Assembly (NCBI GenBank): GCA_002391675.1
Contig: DGFM01000038.1
Span: 1-63,863, forward strand
Direction: 5' to 3'
Length of the DNA stretch: 63,863 bases
DNA from: Cloacimonetes bacterium UBA3900
GTDB taxonomy: Bacteria > Cloacimonadota > Cloacimonadia > Cloacimonadales > Cloacimonadaceae
Part shown: in pieces, positions 10,401 through 19,340 of the stretch
Numbering within the stretch: the stretch's first letter is position 1
Layout: each line of letters begins with the position of its first letter
Position numbers and translations under genes: made by a program
Notes under the pieces: model-generated
The model's input: the letters and a program-made list of their open reading frames with translations, nothing else
Databases searched by the model: none
Told to the model about the DNA's origin: nothing

Positions 10401-13400
10401 AAACGGCATCCTGGATCAGGTAAACAGATACTTCAGCTACAGCTTTGCGCTCAACGGCGTGGAGCATCTGGTAAACGAAAACCACAGCGGTTGGCGCCTC
10501 TACCGCATCCCTCTGCATGACCCCGCTGTCTACAATATCATCACGGACTCCGCCACCGGCGTGCAGCCCTCCATGAGCCGCATCTCCTACGCCAGGATTT
10601 GGTTGCAGACAGACCTGCCGGCCAGAGTCTACATCGCAGATATGGCCATCGTGGGCAATAAATGGCAGGATTTTGGCGTGCGTACCGAAAACAACCAGGA
10701 GCTGGGCGAAGACTACGTAGCCTCGCTGGGAACCACCTATCTCTCCGGGATCGTGACCAACCAGACCAGCAGCCACTATAAACCTCCCGAAGGAACCGTC
10801 TATATCGAAGACCGCAGACAGAGCGTGGAATCCTCGCTCACGCTGGAAACCAAAAAGCTGCAGCCCGGCCATCAAGTGCTGTTGCGTCAGCGCTCTGTGG
10901 ATGCTTACAGCCTGCTCTCCTACGGGAAGCTGAGGCTCTTCGTATATCCCGAAGCACTCAGAACCGGCGAAAGCCATCCCAGCCAGGTGGATATGGTCTT
11001 GCGTCTGGGCGCAGATGAATTTACCTACTACGAGATCAAGCAGCGGGTGGACATCAACCCCTGGGAAATGACCATGGATGAGGATAAATGGCTGCTTTTC
11101 ACCTGGGAGCTATCTGATATCGCCAAGCTGAGAGAGGCCAATCCGGATACCACCTCCGGCTTTATCCAAGTGGACGAAAACACACGCTTCAGCTTTAGAG
11201 GACGGCCCACTCTTTCCACCATCAGGGATATCTGTTTGGGAGTGGCAAACCCACGCGGGAATCAGGTCTACAACGGCATGATGTACTTTGATGAGCTGCA
11301 GCTGCTTGACCCCTATGAGGATGTGGGCGTGGCCAAGCGAGTGTCGCTCAATGCTGCCTTTGCAGACGTCAGCACCCTCGATATCGACTATGAAGAGAAG
11401 AGCGAAAACTTCAACCCCAATATCCAACGAGGGCGCAGCAACACCTTCACCAGCACCACTTCGCTGAATATCTCAAACAAATACTTCCTGGGCAGACTGT
11501 TCCCGCGCAACTGGAGCGTGGAAATTCCCGTCACCCTGGTTCGCAACTACAGCTTGGGCATCCCGCGCTTCCGCGCCAATTCAGACCTCCTGCGCAGCAG
11601 CATCGAGGAAGATAGCACCAAGATGAGGGAGCGCAACGAAAGCCTGCTCTACGCAGCAGACGTCGCTTTCAGCCTCAAAAGCGCACCCAAAAGCAAGATA
11701 TTGGAATACACCATCTATCGCACCTCGTTGAGCGGACGCATAGAAAGCTCCGTGCGCAACCAACCCACCAGCAGAGACAGCACCTTCAGCGTGCGCGGCA
11801 CGGTCAACTACAACCTCGGTTTCCCCAGCGACAAGGTGAGCTTTAAGCTCTGGAAAAACTACCGTTTAGGCTGGTTCCCGTCCACCTGGAACAACAGCAT
11901 CACCTTCAACAGCACCAACCCCAGAAGCGAAAACTGGGAGCGGCGCATGATCGATGGCCAATATGTGACCTACTGGTTCCCACGGCAGGGAGTGCTGCCC
12001 ACCAAGCTTTTGACTACCGACTCCAATATCAACTGGGCCCTCACCAGCGACATCGGCCTCACCGGCAGGCTCAATACCAAGCGCGACTTCAACCAAAAAC
12101 ACTACTGGAAAGACGTCAACATCGGCAAAATCACCGAATACGTGCAAGACCTGGGCGTGAACTACAACCCCAACTACCTGCGCAGATTCATGACCTTCAC
12201 CGCCAGCGCAAACACGCGCTACAACGAAACGCAAAGACGCTATTATGACAACACCACCGGCACGCAGGTGGAAGTGTATCAGAGCGATGGAGGCGTCAAT
12301 CGGGGCGTGCGCGCAAACTTGAGCCTGCAAAACTCCACGCTGCTGGGCGCTTGGGCTCAGAGCATTACCCGTAAGTATCAGGCCAGAAAAGCGATCAAGG
12401 AAGCCAAAAAGCGAGAGGCCGAGATGCAGGGTTCCGAGGCGCCGGAAGGTAAGGAAGAAGAGTTTGAAGACAAAGACTTCGATCGGGAAGCTTGGGAGAA
12501 GGAAATGCTCGATAAGGGTGAAGACCTGAGCGAAGAAGAGAAGATGAAGCTGGAAGAAGAGTACAAGAAGCGCATGGAAGACGAAGAGATGCGCAAAAAG
12601 GAAGAAGAATTCTGGTCTGAGCCACCCAAGGATGACTACAAGGACCCCTTCGGTGGAGATTATAAAGACCCCTTCGGTGGGGACTATAAAGACCCTTACG
12701 GTGACAAGGATCTCTTCGGCGACGATTTTGGAGATTATAAAGACCCCTTCGGCGACGGAGCGGATGGCAAAGACGGCATGGGCTTTGGCCCCGGCGCTTC
12801 CTATCAGGGAGGAGACCCCGGCAGGGCTTATGTACCACCCAAAGGCGTGACCTACCTGCCCGCATTGCTCATCGGCTATCTTTCCAAGATCAAAAACATC
12901 ACGGCTTCCTATCAAAATACCTATACCATGAACTACACGCGCAAGGAAGACAGGCCGCCATTTGGCTTCCAGATTGGCTTGCCGCACACCGTGCCCTCTG
13001 ACTTCCTCGATGCCACCGGCAACGACAACACCTTCACCCTCTCCAGCGGTATCATGTTCACCAGGCAGCTGGATAGCGTGATAAACTATTCCTATGCCAT
13101 CAATAAGCGCTATTCCAACGCCAGCAACCAAAACACCGCCGTCACCTTCCCCGATATCACGCTCAGCATCCTGGAAGCTGAAAAATGGGTGGGTTTGGGA
13201 AACATCATCTCCGGCTCGCGCATCAATACCGGCTTCCAAAAGTCCTATCGCGCCAGCGGTAATATAGACTGGGATCAACCCAAGCAAGAGACCGTCAGTT
13301 ATGCCCTCAATCCGCTCATCGGCTTTGCCGGAACTCTGTTTAAAAAAGTGAGCACCAACCTGAGCTTCAGCATGATGAACAGCACCAACACCACGGATAT

Positions 13401-13767
13401 GGAAACCTACGACATCGTCAAGCTCACCTCTTCCTACAGCCTCAATGGCAATATCTCCTATTCCTTCAAGGGCGGACGCGGCTTCACCGTGCCCTTCACC
13501 AAGAAGAAAATCCACATCAACAACGAGCTCACCTCCAGCCTGGCATTCGTATTTGAAAAGAATCTGGACGACACCACGGGCCGCGAAGGCAACCACCAAA
13601 TAGACAGGGATACCACGCGCCTGGCCTTCACTCCCGGTGCCACCTATCAGTTCAATCAAGACATCCGTGGCGGCCTCACCGGAACCTATGAGATCACGTC
13701 GGATAAGAGGAGAGACGACGGCCTGCGCACCTTCAGACTGGGTGTGTGGGTGGAAATAAACCTGTAA
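7465..13767 (+). CDS. sprA: T9SS translocon protein SprA
   Basis: 2100 aa with a signal peptide. The SprA N-terminal signature is present: SGKIGDKIDVNLKYNSKLDEQFFDPNNVSIKYTGTEDELVQSVEAGNITLSLSGSRYI...GLFGVSSKLKYGDLDVTLIASKEESQK. ATGA overlap with coaX. Confidence 0.85.
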   Translation: MIKRFLLCLIGLFLLGSLFANVFPLHLHLDGYYPVLDNKVLFYKFDKGIGYIKQRQLLVNNLAPTTREKIDFDNRQVVISTLIDDKKVTPDRVISFDSYFASLQRKAFRKSYFAQVRTKRQQTVVTTSGLIGEFKLELPSIAMPKAVKRFLGSSAGRLNLDGTQKLTLEVGSTKRKLQPIYETSSKSRFDLKMEQETNLRLSGKIGDKIDVNLKYNSKLDEQFFDPNNVSIKYTGTEDELVQSVEAGNITLSLSGSRYISYSTSSQGLFGVSSKLKYGDLDVTLIASKEESQKNTQSYIGTSQADSTIFDSKQYATRTMFYLEKPQDLYQLYEEGDPDCKTGYANNAIRTAPDGAWLIKEPMLLPAPGTVKVYIDDLVATNNVGAAPGEIIRINGQNYQLNWDELMEGADFTTDYDSGIIQINRNVLTSHIVGVRYTTRGGVDMPIITPQQAESDTLYAKIIRNYNQQYEPDNPNSTWDYQMRNVYQMTGTNIRNDGFELEIYTENTDRTRNFFVPDSLNVGQNVRYTDYLRMDSNGDSRVDGSDATVNLVSGHIIIPMLWPFEPLGDGIIYRLENDSYSINPLDTDIFLTVKGKIGRDVLELNQANILKGSVRVKVNSLELKENLDYLVDYDTGRITFLTPAGKDPDAKIEVDYEFRGMFDVASKTLAGVRMDWNFTDWAKLGGTFIYRSENVADKRPRIGNENIEMMLANIDGNITVRPKFVTRWIDKLPLISTSAESRFNLSGEIAYTMPNIYGDPKGKKNNIYLDDMESIMDSYPLPITMSSWVMASKPYGFNLAKGIPNWYNPKNVRRQELVDDPETLTEREKNEYVTVLALKNTPTKLGVGGSTQQSWAGVMKYLGNQLDFNQKKYIELLVKVDVKTDEEVPNPIMFVDLGDISEDFYTENGGLGVLNTEDLNGDGVLTLEEDIGLDGRKQGTPGADPNDICPPVLQNHHNESWPGINGTEGNRVLDTEDLNGNGILDQVNRYFSYSFALNGVEHLVNENHSGWRLYRIPLHDPAVYNIITDSATGVQPSMSRISYARIWLQTDLPARVYIADMAIVGNKWQDFGVRTENNQELGEDYVASLGTTYLSGIVTNQTSSHYKPPEGTVYIEDRRQSVESSLTLETKKLQPGHQVLLRQRSVDAYSLLSYGKLRLFVYPEALRTGESHPSQVDMVLRLGADEFTYYEIKQRVDINPWEMTMDEDKWLLFTWELSDIAKLREANPDTTSGFIQVDENTRFSFRGRPTLSTIRDICLGVANPRGNQVYNGMMYFDELQLLDPYEDVGVAKRVSLNAAFADVSTLDIDYEEKSENFNPNIQRGRSNTFTSTTSLNISNKYFLGRLFPRNWSVEIPVTLVRNYSLGIPRFRANSDLLRSSIEEDSTKMRERNESLLYAADVAFSLKSAPKSKILEYTIYRTSLSGRIESSVRNQPTSRDSTFSVRGTVNYNLGFPSDKVSFKLWKNYRLGWFPSTWNNSITFNSTNPRSENWERRMIDGQYVTYWFPRQGVLPTKLLTTDSNINWALTSDIGLTGRLNTKRDFNQKHYWKDVNIGKITEYVQDLGVNYNPNYLRRFMTFTASANTRYNETQRRYYDNTTGTQVEVYQSDGGVNRGVRANLSLQNSTLLGAWAQSITRKYQARKAIKEAKKREAEMQGSEAPEGKEEEFEDKDFDREAWEKEMLDKGEDLSEEEKMKLEEEYKKRMEDEEMRKKEEEFWSEPPKDDYKDPFGGDYKDPFGGDYKDPYGDKDLFGDDFGDYKDPFGDGADGKDGMGFGPGASYQGGDPGRAYVPPKGVTYLPALLIGYLSKIKNITASYQNTYTMNYTRKEDRPPFGFQIGLPHTVPSDFLDATGNDNTFTLSSGIMFTRQLDSVINYSYAINKRYSNASNQNTAVTFPDITLSILEAEKWVGLGNIISGSRINTGFQKSYRASGNIDWDQPKQETVSYALNPLIGFAGTLFKKVSTNLSFSMMNSTNTTDMETYDIVKLTSSYSLNGNISYSFKGGRGFTVPFTKKKIHINNELTSSLAFVFEKNLDDTTGREGNHQIDRDTTRLAFTPGATYQFNQDIRGGLTGTYEITSDKRRDDGLRTFRLGVWVEINL
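12634..12756 (+). repeat. 24-nt in-frame repeats encoding DYKDPFGG-like octapeptides inside SprA
   Basis: GACTACAAGGACCCCTTCGGTGGA, GATTATAAAGACCCCTTCGGTGGG and GACTATAAAGACCCTTACGGTGAC occur in tandem, with a fourth copy at 12733-12756. A Glu/Lys-rich stretch precedes them from about 12385. Confidence 0.85.
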
Positions 13768-13829
13768 GAGAGGGCGAGACATGACCTTCACAACCAACAA
13801 CCTCAAAAGATTTAACGGAGCCCAATCCC

Positions 13830-16346
13830 ATGTATAAAACTTCACAACCGGCCAAGCTCTTTATCTTGAGCGCCTTATTCCTGTTTTGCTTTATCAGCTT
13901 GTCTGCAGCCGGCCCCTGGCAAACTTACACAAACACCTCCCACGTCTTCGATATCGTCACCCAGGGTGACAAGCTCCTCTTTTCTTCCTGGGGCGGCGTG
14001 GTGGAAATCACCGCTCCGGATGACAACACTTCCATCACCCATTGGGAGCAAACAAACTCTTGGAACACCGGCAACGGCTTGCCAAACAACGATATCCGCC
14101 ATCTTGAAAGCATGGAGAACGTCTCCGCACTCTGGTTGGGAAGCGAATTGGCCGGCATCAGCATCATCTCGCCAAAAGGCATCCAAGCACTCGATGAAAG
14201 CATGGGCCTGCCATCCAATCGGGTGAGAAAGATGATAGAGGCAGGAGACCGCATCCTGATCGCCACCTCAAGCGGGTTGGCAGAATACTACTATCTGCCC
14301 GGAGTAAGCTTTCCCCTGATGTTGCATAGATATAACAGGCAAAACACGGGCGGAGCCTTGCTTTCAGATGAGCTCACGGGCATGACTTTGACCAAAAACA
14401 ACTACCTCTGGCTGTGCAGCTCCGCCGGCTTGAACTATGTACACCTGGATTCCCTGGCTATAGACAGCGCCTGGAAGTCTTTGAGCACACCCCAAATTTG
14501 GGGCGTTTCCCCCAAGCTGGAAATGAACGACAATCACATCGCCTTGGGAACCGGACAAGCCATATATCTGCATTCCATCGATCCATATCAGACCGGCTGG
14601 ACCACCCTCATGGCAGGAGTACAGCTCAAGGATGACATCATCTCCACCTTTGCCCTGGATGCCAATGATGACCTCTGGGTGGCTTATGGAGCCTGGGATG
14701 AAGATAGAATGCTGTATACCGCTCCGGATAGCCTGCAAGCCATACTCAGCAGAGTGGAGGCGGACGGCACCACTCGTCATTATGACTTCGGTGAAGATGG
14801 CTTGGGCCACCATTGCATTTCCTGCATTCTCTGCAAAGATGGAAACGTCTATTTGGGTTCCTGGGGAGATGGAGTCTATCGCTTGGAGGGCGAAGAGTGG
14901 AACTCATTTAAACCCAACGGCATCGGCTTCCCAAAGGTTACGCAGATCGCCGTGGATGCCAATAGTGCAGTTTGGTTTTCCAATGGCAACTACGCCGCCG
15001 GCCCCACCCGCAAAAGCTCCTTGGGCGTATGTCGCTGGCAAAACGGCAAGTGGGATACTTTCAACGTCTCAAACAGCCCTCTCCATTCCGATAATATCCT
15101 CGCCGTCAATGTGGATAGCCGCAACCGCAAATGGTTTGGCGCCTGGGATGTGAGCGCCGATCAAAGTCCCAGCACCTGGAGCAACGGCCTCACCATCTGG
15201 GATGAAGAAGAGGACAGCTGGGCCCATATGAGTATCTCCGGAAAACGTTTTTGGAACGCAGAAACCGGCAGCTGGGGCGACTTTGTGCCCGGCCTGCCCA
15301 GATTGATGGGTGCAGTCATCCCCTATATCGGCATGGATTTGTATGGAAACATCTTTGTAGCCGGTTCGGGAAGCGGTTTCACCATCCTCGATCCCAACGA
15401 CCAGCATATCGAAAACCTGATTGTCTCACCTCTCAACAGACAGTGGGTCAACTATATGTACCACAGCGGCCGCCAATACTTCTTTGGCTCACGCAACGAC
15501 CGCGGTTTAGCCATCTGGAACCAAGATTCCATCCCGCGCACCGGAGATGACGCGCACTGGGTCATTCCCCCCTTCGCCGAACTCACCAACCGCGCCGGCG
15601 AAATCCATGGTGTGGTGACCGTTGAAAGCCCTTATGAAGGCTTGCAACACTGGATTGCCGCCAGCTCCGGACTCTTTATGTGGGATGAGGTCAATTGGTA
15701 TCAATATGATACCGCCATCAAGCGCTATCGCTACAACACCCTCACCGGTGAGTGGGACCGCAATCTGCTCTATTATGTGGATGAAGAGAGGCTTTTTGGC
15801 GCCGAGCGCACCGTGCCCACCTGCATCTTCAAAGACCCCTTCGAGCGCATCTGGATCGGCACTCTGGAAAACGGCTTCAGCATGTATGATCCCGTCAAGG
15901 AACGCTTTACAAACTACACACCGGCAAATTCACCCCTGCTCTCGGCCCATATCACCGCTCTGGGCTATGAACCCACCCAGGGATTGCTCCTCATCGGCAC
16001 TCCCGATGGACTGAACACTTTTGAAATAGGCAAAACCATCAAAACCCCAAGCGAGCTCACCACCCTCAAGGCCTACCCCAATCCCTTCTATCCCGGTCAG
16101 GGCAACACCGTGCAAATCATCAACGAACCTTCAGGTGAGATGCCCGTGGGAACCAGAGGCTGCAGGATTTACGACAGCTCCGGCTCGTTGGTGGCCAAGC
16201 TCAAGGAAAACAGCTTCTTCCGCTTTGAATGGGATGGCAAAAACAGGGCCGGAAACTACTGCGCTTCCGGTGTCTATTTCTTTGTGATTGCTACAGAGGA
16301 TAAGGAAGTGGGCCGCGGCAAGATCATGCTAATCCGCAAGGATTGA
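13830..16346 (+). CDS. Secreted beta-propeller (two-component-regulator-propeller-like) protein with a T9SS/FlgD-Ig type C-terminal sorting domain
   Basis: Signal peptide, with repeated W/G-rich propeller blades. C-terminus KAYPNPFYPG...RIYDSSGSLVAKL...EWDGKNRAGNYCASGVYFFVI...GKIMLIR. Confidence 0.7.
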   Translation: MYKTSQPAKLFILSALFLFCFISLSAAGPWQTYTNTSHVFDIVTQGDKLLFSSWGGVVEITAPDDNTSITHWEQTNSWNTGNGLPNNDIRHLESMENVSALWLGSELAGISIISPKGIQALDESMGLPSNRVRKMIEAGDRILIATSSGLAEYYYLPGVSFPLMLHRYNRQNTGGALLSDELTGMTLTKNNYLWLCSSAGLNYVHLDSLAIDSAWKSLSTPQIWGVSPKLEMNDNHIALGTGQAIYLHSIDPYQTGWTTLMAGVQLKDDIISTFALDANDDLWVAYGAWDEDRMLYTAPDSLQAILSRVEADGTTRHYDFGEDGLGHHCISCILCKDGNVYLGSWGDGVYRLEGEEWNSFKPNGIGFPKVTQIAVDANSAVWFSNGNYAAGPTRKSSLGVCRWQNGKWDTFNVSNSPLHSDNILAVNVDSRNRKWFGAWDVSADQSPSTWSNGLTIWDEEEDSWAHMSISGKRFWNAETGSWGDFVPGLPRLMGAVIPYIGMDLYGNIFVAGSGSGFTILDPNDQHIENLIVSPLNRQWVNYMYHSGRQYFFGSRNDRGLAIWNQDSIPRTGDDAHWVIPPFAELTNRAGEIHGVVTVESPYEGLQHWIAASSGLFMWDEVNWYQYDTAIKRYRYNTLTGEWDRNLLYYVDEERLFGAERTVPTCIFKDPFERIWIGTLENGFSMYDPVKERFTNYTPANSPLLSAHITALGYEPTQGLLLIGTPDGLNTFEIGKTIKTPSELTTLKAYPNPFYPGQGNTVQIINEPSGEMPVGTRGCRIYDSSGSLVAKLKENSFFRFEWDGKNRAGNYCASGVYFFVIATEDKEVGRGKIMLIRKD

Positions 16347-16348
16347 GG

Positions 16349-17383
16349 TTACTTCCGCCGCGCCATCACCAGATACCACGCCACGATCGCCAAAGCCGAA
16401 ATAAACATCAGGACGCTGAACAGTATCTTCCTCGATGAGAAGGAAAAGCCTATCGCAATCAGGCCAAAGAGCAGCGTCACAAAATAGACGATCAGGGCCA
16501 CAGCCTTCTGTGAGAACCCCAGCTTCAGCATCAGGTGGTGGATGTGGCTTTTGTCCGGTTTGAAGATATTTCCGCCGTTGATGCGCCTGAAGATCGCCAA
16601 TCCCACATCCAAAATGGGAACGGCCATCACCGTGAGCGGGATCATCAACGTGATGGAGGTGATGCCTTTAAATTGTTGGTTGCCGGTAGTGCTGATGGCA
16701 GCGATGATAAAGCCTATATAGAGCGAGCCCGTATCGCCCAGAAAGATCTTGGCGGGATGGAAGTTGTAGCGGAGGAAAGCCAGCGTGCCCGCTAACAGCA
16801 TGGATGCCAGCAGGATAACCTGCATATTTTCGTGTCTGATTCCCACCACAAGCAGCACTGCGCTCACGATGGCCGCAATCCCCGTTGCCAAGCCATCCAG
16901 GCCGTCTATGAGATTGATGGCGTTCATCATCATCAGATACCACAGAATGGTCAGCGGCAGGGAAAACCCCGCCAGCACAAAGTCATCTCCGAAGATATTG
17001 GTGAGATAGTTTACCCTGAAGCCTATCAAATACATCACCAAGGCTATGCCTATCTGGGCGAGAGTCTTGAACCAGGCGTTGCACTCATAGCGATCATCGA
17101 TCAAACCCACGCTCAAGACCAGTATCCCCACCCCGCAGAGCTGCAACAGCATGATGCCTTCCGGCTCCGAGATGTATATCACCCCCAAAACTGCCTGGAT
17201 TATAGACATGGGCAGGGCGAAGGAGAGCCCGCCCGCCAGCGGTGTTTCCTTGGTGTGAATGTGGCGCTCACCCGGCTTGGCAACCAGTTGATGCTTGTTT
17301 GACCACTTGATATTCCACGGGACCAGGAGGTGGGTGAGCACGTGCGTCAAAACCGCTGCGATCAATACTGTTACATAGTTCAT
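16349..17383 (-). CDS. MraY/WecA-family polyprenyl-phosphate HexNAc-1-phosphate transferase (glycosyltransferase family 4)
   Basis: Multi-pass membrane protein carrying GLIDDRYE, NAINLIDGLDGLA and FLGDTGSLYIGF motifs. Confidence 0.8.
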   Translation of the reverse strand: MNYVTVLIAAVLTHVLTHLLVPWNIKWSNKHQLVAKPGERHIHTKETPLAGGLSFALPMSIIQAVLGVIYISEPEGIMLLQLCGVGILVLSVGLIDDRYECNAWFKTLAQIGIALVMYLIGFRVNYLTNIFGDDFVLAGFSLPLTILWYLMMMNAINLIDGLDGLATGIAAIVSAVLLVVGIRHENMQVILLASMLLAGTLAFLRYNFHPAKIFLGDTGSLYIGFIIAAISTTGNQQFKGITSITLMIPLTVMAVPILDVGLAIFRRINGGNIFKPDKSHIHHLMLKLGFSQKAVALIVYFVTLLFGLIAIGFSFSSRKILFSVLMFISALAIVAWYLVMARRK

Positions 17384-17414
17384 GCCGGCTTCCTATGCGT
17401 TCTCAAAGCTGCCC

Positions 17415-19148
17415 TCATCCAAAAGCTTTCCCATTTCCCTGGCCTTCTCTGTCTATCCTCATCACCACCACATCGCCGGCTTTTACGTCTCCAAAAGAGA
17501 TGATATTGTCTTTGGCCGTCGCTTTTTCATATTTCAGCTCAGGCTGGTTTCCATCCAATATCTCTTTGATCCTCACGTCTCCAATCAGCTGCAAGGTAAA
17601 GCTTTCCATGTCATCAGCAAAGCTCACGCTCACTTCATATAGAGATTCATCCACCGTCACAGCTGCCCGTTTTTGCCACCACTCCGCGATCTTTCCCGGG
17701 CTGGTGATCCAGGTATCGGCGGTCCCAATCATCTCCAGGATATAGGGATACAGCTTTTCCATGTAGCTGATGTCTGTCCAGGCAGCCACGCTCATGTCTA
17801 TGCCCATCACGCTTCCGGATTTGATGCATTGCTGGAATATCTTTTTCACCATGCGCTTGGCGTCGTCCAGAGGCAGTTCTTTGTGGTAGTTCACCATCAG
17901 ATAGCGGTCTCTCAACACTATCGGGATTTCCCAAAAACCGCTCTGCGCCTTGGCTACCCAGGGCATCCACGGCAGGCCAAATCCATATTTGAAGCCTGGC
18001 GTTTCATCCGGCGCATGGCTCTGTCCGTAGGCGGGCGAGAGCTTGGAATGCAGCTCCAAAATCTTGGCGTTGGTCTTGTATCGCAGTTGCCTTATGCCGA
18101 TATTCGTCTTGTGCAGCAGGTGTATCAACACTTGTTTGCGGCTCAGGAAGTCATCGCGATTCAGCTTGTCCGCAGTGGCCAAGAGCCCTATCTCACACTT
18201 TTCCTTGTCCAGGTTTTGGATTTCCTCCAGCAGGTCTGCATCATCCAGGCTGTAGTCTATATCCTCACACGCTTCCGAGGCAAAAAACCAGCTGCTTTTC
18301 ACCTTGGCTTCACGCTCTAAGCTGCGGTACTCCTTAAAGTTCCAATACAGCTCGTAGTTGGTGAAGAGATATTTGAGCTTGCCCTTCATCTCATGCCAGA
18401 GGCGGCCCCACCTGAAGGTGAAGAAAAGTGCCACGTCATCGGCAATCCCGAGCAGCAGCGAAGAGAGGCTCCATTTTTGCAGGGTGTCCACGCTGTGAGT
18501 GAGGCATACCGCCGCCTTTTCGCCCTTGGGCCATTTCAGCTTCTTGCTGGTGTAAGTGCCTGAAGAACGGACATATTCCACGATCATGGAGTCCAAAAGC
18601 CAGAGCAGGTTGTCCACCGCCGGACTTTCCATATTGTCACGGAAGACGCTTTGGCTGTCCGCCAGCACGTAGTTTTCGTTACCTGCGCTGTTGAGGGCTT
18701 CTTCTCGCATGGCCAATCTGAAGAAGATGTTTGCTACCAGGTCAAAGGTGATTCTGCCTGCTTTCAGGCCGTCCTCGGTGTAGTTTACCGCCGGATAATC
18801 AAAGCTGCGGGCGCTGATCACCAAGGTGGGGGAGAGCAGATTCACCTTGCGCAGGTTGCTCTTCAATTTCGCCGCTGTGTAGGCAGTTTCGTCAAATAGA
18901 TCCGGCTCGCTTTGAATGAAAATGGTGATGTATTTGCGCGCAATCGCCTGCAGCTCCTCGCTTGTGGGCTCGGTGTATCCATACATGATCAATACGTCAT
19001 TTTCGCTCACCTGCTCCAGCCTCTCCACAAAGAGATAATTGTATCCCAATGCCGAGAGAGCATACTCAAACGCATAGCGAATCTGACTTTGAAAGCGCTG
19101 TAATTTGTAGTCTATATATATGGATATCATTGTGTTCTCCATCACCAA
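17415..19148 (-). CDS. Hypothetical 577-aa protein, possibly a divergent NodB/deacetylase-like fold
   Basis: Long ORF 31 nt from the WecA-like gene on the same strand. The stretch AAVCLTHSVD...SSWFFASEA...CEIGLLATAD resembles the RHDVD...YYFR...HEIGYHYE pattern of the 59015 deacetylase-like protein, but with key residues changed. Confidence 0.55.
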   Translation of the reverse strand: MVMENTMISIYIDYKLQRFQSQIRYAFEYALSALGYNYLFVERLEQVSENDVLIMYGYTEPTSEELQAIARKYITIFIQSEPDLFDETAYTAAKLKSNLRKVNLLSPTLVISARSFDYPAVNYTEDGLKAGRITFDLVANIFFRLAMREEALNSAGNENYVLADSQSVFRDNMESPAVDNLLWLLDSMIVEYVRSSGTYTSKKLKWPKGEKAAVCLTHSVDTLQKWSLSSLLLGIADDVALFFTFRWGRLWHEMKGKLKYLFTNYELYWNFKEYRSLEREAKVKSSWFFASEACEDIDYSLDDADLLEEIQNLDKEKCEIGLLATADKLNRDDFLSRKQVLIHLLHKTNIGIRQLRYKTNAKILELHSKLSPAYGQSHAPDETPGFKYGFGLPWMPWVAKAQSGFWEIPIVLRDRYLMVNYHKELPLDDAKRMVKKIFQQCIKSGSVMGIDMSVAAWTDISYMEKLYPYILEMIGTADTWITSPGKIAEWWQKRAAVTVDESLYEVSVSFADDMESFTLQLIGDVRIKEILDGNQPELKYEKATAKDNIISFGDVKAGDVVVMRIDREGQGNGKAFG

Positions 19149-19245
19149 TTCAATTTAAACCTTGATTTTATATATGAGGGGATTGTCAAGTGTTTTTGTC
19201 ACGGGGAGCGTGGATTCTTGTTTTTCACAGATGTTGATCATGTAT

Positions 19246-19319
19246 GGTCGCTTGCCACAGCGACCTGTACGGCGGTTGCCACACCGCCGTCAAGGTAGCC
19301 GGAGCTTGCCACAGCGCCG
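19246..19319. other. Array of three hairpins with an invariant 8-nt loop (TTGCCACA) and different but complementary stems
   Basis: GGTCGC-TTGCCACA-GCGACC (19246-19265), ACGGCGG-TTGCCACA-CCGCCGT (19269-19290), and CGGAGC-TTGCCACA-GCGCCG (19300-19319, one mismatch). Confidence 0.7.
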
Positions 19320-19340
19320 CAGCAGGCGCAGCTTGATGTT

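Noticed and set aside
12634-12756. DYKD repeats resembling a FLAG epitope, i.e. a possible engineered sequence
   Set aside because: The motif is DYKDPFGG, not DYKDDDDK. It is repeated with natural synonymous variation, sits inside a native low-complexity insert of a 2100-aa protein, and no vector-like sequence is nearby.
9793-13845. Long minus-strand ORFs (394 aa at 9793-10977, 659 aa at 11866-13845) and several 60-260 aa antisense ORFs across 389-13845
   Set aside because: All are antisense to the cyclase or sprA reading frames, which carry strong family signatures. None shows motifs, RBS context or independent intergenic space.
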